Assembly (NCBI RefSeq): GCF_009914755.1
Contig: NC_060942.1
Source of the DNA: the human T2T-CHM13v2.0 reference genome, Homo sapiens
Length of the DNA stretch: 64,000 bases
Direction: 5' to 3' (one strand)
The position numbers were made by a program, and so were the translations under genes. Numbering within the stretch: the stretch's first letter is position 1; each line of letters starts with the position of its first letter. Shown here piece by piece: positions 59,250 to 64,000 of the stretch. The notes beneath the pieces were generated by a model that saw only the letters and a list, made by a program, of their open reading frames with translations, searched no databases and was not told where the DNA came from.

Positions 59250-60461
59250 TTCACTATGGGCAACCTTCCACCCTCCATTCCTCCTTCTTCTCCCTTAGCC
59301 TGTGTTCTCAAGAACTTAAAACCTCTTCAACTCTCGCCTGACCTAAAACCTAAACACCTTATTTTCTTCTGCAATACCACCTGACCCCAATACAAACTTG
59401 ACAGTGGTTCCAAATAGCCAGAAAATGGCACTTTCAATTTCTCCACCCTACAAGATCTAGATAATTCTTGTCGTAAAATGGGCAAATGGTCTGAGGTTCC
59501 TGACATCCAGGCATTCTTCTACACATCAGTCCCGCCCTAGTCTCTGCTCCCAATGCGACTCATCCCAAATCTTTCTTCTTTCTCTCCTGTGTGTTCCTTC
59601 GGTCTCCACCCCAAGCTCTGAGTACTTTGAATCCTCCTTTTCTGTGGAGCCATCTGACCTCTCCCCTGCTCGCCGGGCTGAGCCAGGTCCCAATTCTTCC
59701 GCAGCCTCTGTTCCCCCACTCTATAATCCTTCTATCACTTCCCCTCCTCACACCTAGTCCGGCTTATGGTTTTGTTCCTTGACTAGCCCTACCCCACCTG
59801 CCCAACAATTTCCTCTTAAAGAGGTGGCTGGAGCTAAAGGCATAGTCAAGGTTGTTGCTCCTGTTTTCTTTATCCGACCTCTCCCAAAACAGTTAGGCTC
59901 TTTTTCATCAAATATAAAACCCCAGCCCAGTTCATGGCCCGTTTGGCAACAACCCTTAAACGCCTTACCGCCCTAGACCCAGAGAGGCCAGAAGGCCGTC
60001 TTATTCTCAGTATGCATTTTATTACCCAACCCACTCCTGACGTTAGAAAAAGCTCCAAAAATTGGATTCCAGCCCTCAAACCCCACAACAGGACTTAACC
60101 TTGCCTTCAAGGTGTACAATAATAGAGAAGAGTGGCAATTACTTGCCTCTGCTGTGAGAGAAACTTCAGCCACATCTCCAGCATACAAGAATTTCAAAAC
60201 GCCTAAACCGCAGTGGCCAGGCGTTCTTCCAAGACCTCCTACCCCAGGATCTTGCTTCAAGTACTGAAAATGTGGCCACTGGGCCAAGGAATGTCTGCAG
60301 CCCGGATTCCTCCTAAGCAATGTCCCATCTGTGCAGGACCCCACTGGAAATTGGACTGTCCAACTCACCTGGCAGCCATTCCTAGAGTTCCTGGAACTCT
60401 GGCGCAAGGCTCACTGACTGACTCCTTCCCAGATCTTCTCGGCTTAGTGGCTGAAGACTGA
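59250..60461 (+). pseudogene. HERV-H gag remnant with two nucleocapsid zinc knuckles (first disrupted)
   Basis: CFKY*KCGHWAKEC at about 60253-60294; CPICAGPHWKLDC in ORF 60213..60461. Confidence 0.8.
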
Positions 60462-60499
60462 CACTGCCCGATCGCCTTGGAAGCCTCCTGGACCATGAT

Positions 60500-61500
60500 A
60501 GATGCTTTAGGTAACTCTTACAGTGGAGGATGAGTCCATCCCCTTCTTAATACGGAGGCTATCCACTGCACATTACCTTCTTTTCAAGGGCCTCTTTCCC
60601 TTGCCTCCATAACAGTTGTGGGTATTGACGGCCAGGCTTCTAAACCTCTTAAAACTCCCCAATTCTGGTGCCAACTGGGACAGTATTCTTTTATGCGCTC
60701 CTTTTTAGTTATTCCCGCCTGCCCAGTTCCCTTATTAGGTCGAGGCATTTTAACTAAATTATCTGCTTCCCTGACTATTCCTAGGCTACAGCCACACCTC
60801 ATTGTCACCCTTTTTCCCAGTTCAAAGCCTCCTTCACATCTTTTCCTTGTATCTCCTCACCTTAATCCACAAGTATGAGACATCTCTACTCCCTCCTTGG
60901 CAACTGATCATGCACCCCTTACCATCCCATTAAAACCTAATCACCCTTACCCTGCTCAACACCAATATCCCATCCCACAGCACGCTTTAAAAGAATTAAA
61001 GCCTGTTATCACTCACTTGTTACAGCATGGCCTTATAAAGCCTATAAACTCTCCTTACAATTCCCCCATTTTACCCCTCCATAACCCATTCTGTTCTGGA
61101 TCTCAAACATGCTTTCTTTACTATTCCTTTGCACCTTTCATCCCAGCCTCTCTTCGCTTTCACTTAGACTGACCCTGACACCCATCAGCCTCAGCAACTT
61201 ACCTGGGCTGTACTGGCGCAAGGCTTCAGGGACAGCCCCCATTACTTCAGTCAAGCCCAAATTTCTTCCTCATCCGTTACCTATCTCGGCATAATTCTTC
61301 ATAAAAATACATGTGCTCTCCCTGCTAATCATGTCCAGCTAATCTCCCAAACCCCAACCCCTTCTACAAAACAACTCCTTTCCTTCCTAGGCATGGTTAG
61401 GTACTTTTGCCTTTAGATACCTGGTTTTGCCATCCTAACGAAACCATTCATTCTCCCCATTTCCCCATATTACCTCTTTCCTGTTCCCCACCCAGACCAC
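60500..61500 (+). pseudogene. HERV-H protease and deleted reverse-transcriptase remnants
   Basis: PLLGRGILTKL, QYPIP, SPYNSPILP, FAFT*TDPD, QGFRDSP, FLGMVRYFCL*IPGFA; the YxDD segment is missing. Confidence 0.85.
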
Positions 61501-63141
61501 GCTTGGTTTATTGATGATAGTTCTTCCAGGCCCAATCGCCAATCACTGGCAAAGGCAGGCTATGCTATAGTGTCTTCCACATCTATCACTGAGGCTACCA
61601 CTCTGCCCCCCTCCACTACCTCTCAGCAAGCCAAACTCATTGTCTTAACCTGGGCCCTCACTCTTGCAAAGGGACTGCATGTCAATATTTATACTGACTC
61701 TAAATATGCCTTCCATATCCCGTACCACCATGCTGTTATATGGGCTGAAAGAGGTTTCCTCACTACACAAGGGTCCTCCATCATTAATGCCTCTTTAATA
61801 AAAACTCTTCTCAAGGCCACTTTACTTCCAAAGGAAGCTGGAGTCATTCACTGCAAGGGCCATCAAAAGGCATCAGATCGCGTCGCTCAGGGCAATGCTT
61901 ATGCTGATAAGGTAGCTAAAGAAGCAGCTAGCATTCCTACTTCTGTCCCTCACGGCCAGTTTTTCTCCTTCTCATCAGTCACTCCTACTTACTCTCCCAC
62001 TGAAGTTTCTACCTATCAATCCCTCCCCACTCAAGGTAAATGGTTCTTAGACCAAGGAAAATATCTCCTTCCAGCCTCACAGGCCCATTCTATTCTGTCG
62101 TCACTTCATAACCTCTTCCATGTATGTTATAAGCTGCTAACCCGCCTCTTAGAACCTCTCATTTCCTTTCCATCGTGGAAATCTATTCTCAAGGAAATCG
62201 CTTCTCTGTGTTCTATCTGCTATTCTACTCCTCAGGGATTGTTGAGGCCCCCTCCCTTCCCTACACATCAAGCTCGGAGATTTGCCCCTGCCCAGGACTG
62301 GCAAATTGACTTTACTCGTATGCCCCGAGTCAGGAAACTAACATACCTCTTGGTCTGGGAAGACACTTTCACCAGATAGGTAGAGGCCTTTCCCACAGGG
62401 TCTGAGAAGGCCACCGTGGTCATTTCTTCCCTTCTGTCAGACATAATTCCTTGGTTTGGACTTCCCACTTCTGTGCAGTCCAATAGCGGACGGGCCTTTA
62501 TTAGTCAAATCACCCAAGCAGTTTCTCAGGCTCTTGGTATTCAGTGGAAACTTCATACCCCTTATCGTCCTCAATCTTCAGGAAAGGTAGAACGGACTAA
62601 TGGTCTTTTAAAGACACACCTCACTAAGCTCAGCCTCCAATTTAAAAAGGACCGGATAGTACTTTTACCACTTTCCCTTCTCAGAATTAGAGCCTGTCCT
62701 CGAGATGCTACAGAGTACAGCCCATTTGAACTTTTATATGGATGCCCTTTCTTGCTCGGCCCCAACCTCGTCCCAGACACCAGCCCTCTAGGTGACTATC
62801 TTCCAGTCCTCCAGCAGGCTAGACAGGAAATTTGCCAGGCTGCTAATCTTCTCTTGCCTATTCCAGATTCCCAGCCTTATGAAGACACCCTATCTGGACG
62901 ATCAGTTCTTGTTAAGAATCTGACCCCTCAAACTCTACAACCTCGACGGACCGGACCCTACTTAGTCATCTATAATACCCTAACTGCCGTCCTCCTGCAG
63001 GACCCTCCCCATTGGGTTCACCGTTCCAGAATAAAGCCGTGTCCATTGGACAGCCAGCCTGATCTCTCCTCTTCCTTCTGGAAGTCGCGAGTACTCACCC
63101 CTACTTCCCTTAAACTCACCCACATTTCTGAAGAACAGTAG
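61501..63141 (+). pseudogene. HERV-H RNase H-integrase frame, interrupted by one TAG at 62377-62379
   Basis: ORFs 61570..62379 and 62416..63141 share a frame: WFIDDSS, NIYTDSKY, HCKGHQ, GNAYAD; HHCC finger; WQIDFT; QSNSG (second catalytic Asp lost); SGKVER; GPY. Confidence 0.92.
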
Positions 63142-63149
63142 TAACCCTT

Positions 63150-64000
63150 ATGAGCCTAATACATCCCTTCATTTTGTTAGGTCTATCCTTCCTTACCAGA
63201 GTCTTTGCAACAGGGCCTTATGCAGTCACCCCCACTACTTAGACTGCATCCCAAAAACTTTTCATCCCTGCTCTCTTCTGTCTAGTCATACTCCTATTCT
63301 TCGTTTTCACCTCTCCATACATGCCCTGCCCTTGTCTACACTGCCAGCTTATACTTTTCCTCCAAACCATCATAGCTGGTCCTGGTCTTATCCCCTAACT
63401 GCCACTCTTAACTCCCTCTTGGAATGGATAAATGGCCTTTGCTGGAAAAGCACACTCCACTTCTTTCACCCATTTTACATTTCCAGTTTCGCCTTACGCA
63501 AGGTCTCTTCTTCCTCTGTGGCTCCTCCACCTGCATGTGTCCACCTGTTAATGAGACAGGAACATGTACACTAGTTTTCCTTACCCCAAAAATCAATTTG
63601 CAAATAAGACCGAGCAGCTTCCTGTTCCCCTCATGACACCAACACTTCACTATTATTTTATTTTTTCTTATTATTAATATAAGAAGACAGGAATAGGCCT
63701 TGACTTACTCACTGCTGAAAAAGGAAGACTCTGTATATTTTTAAATGAAGACTGTTGTTTTTACCTAAATCAGTCTGGCCTGGTATATGACAACATAAAA
63801 AAATTCAAGGATAGAGGCCAAAAACTCACCAGCCAAGCAAATAATCATGCTGAACCCCCTTAGGCACTCTCTAATTTGAAGTCCTGGGTCCTCCCAATTC
63901 TTAGTCCTTTAATACTTGTTTTTCTCCTTTTCTTATTCGGACCTTATGTCTTCTGTTTAGTTTCTCAGTTCATACAAAACCATATCCAGGCCATCACCAA
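63150..64000 (+). pseudogene. HERV-H env remnant (deleted SU, partial TM)
   Basis: From 63696 GLDLLTAEKGRLCIFLNEDCCFYLNQSG = immunosuppressive domain + CX6CC; stop at 63861-63863. Confidence 0.88.

Larger units (their letters stand above)
58780..64000 (+). mobile_element. HERV-H internal region (leader, gag, pro, pol, env remnants); defective; continues past window end
   Basis: HERV-H leader with donor GG|GTAAGC (58888); C/T-rich composition; retroviral motifs in gag-pro-pol-env order. Confidence 0.95.

Overview
Human-type (primate) genomic DNA containing the complete CYB5A gene (microsomal cytochrome b5) on the minus strand. I recognise it from the translated exons; placing it at chr18q22 is from memory, not from the sequence. 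Five constitutive coding exons (129+129+30+35+82 nt) give the 134-aa membrane form. A 24-nt cassette exon (GAA CCT TAA) gives the 98-aa soluble erythrocyte form. The promoter is a CpG island with no TATA box seen, and a defective HERV-H provirus lies head-to-head about 1.2 kb upstream of the ATG, running off the window end. The rest is intron or flank rich in Alu, L1, MaLR/ERV1 LTRs and DNA-transposon relics, and almost all ORF-track entries are artefacts of these repeats. I found no novel protein-coding system. The best leads are regulatory: a 41-bp tandem array with 12 CAGGTG E-boxes just inside intron 1, a downstream C-rich repeat with 16 GATA motifs, a soluble-isoform stop codon exactly 50 nt from the last exon junction with an adjacent MBNL-type YGCY cluster, LTR-donated distal poly(A) signals with inverted Alus, a promoter/PBS-deleted HERV-H with repeated Trp-to-stop changes, and three local duplications in intron 1. 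Repeat boundaries and subfamily names were read by eye and are approximate.
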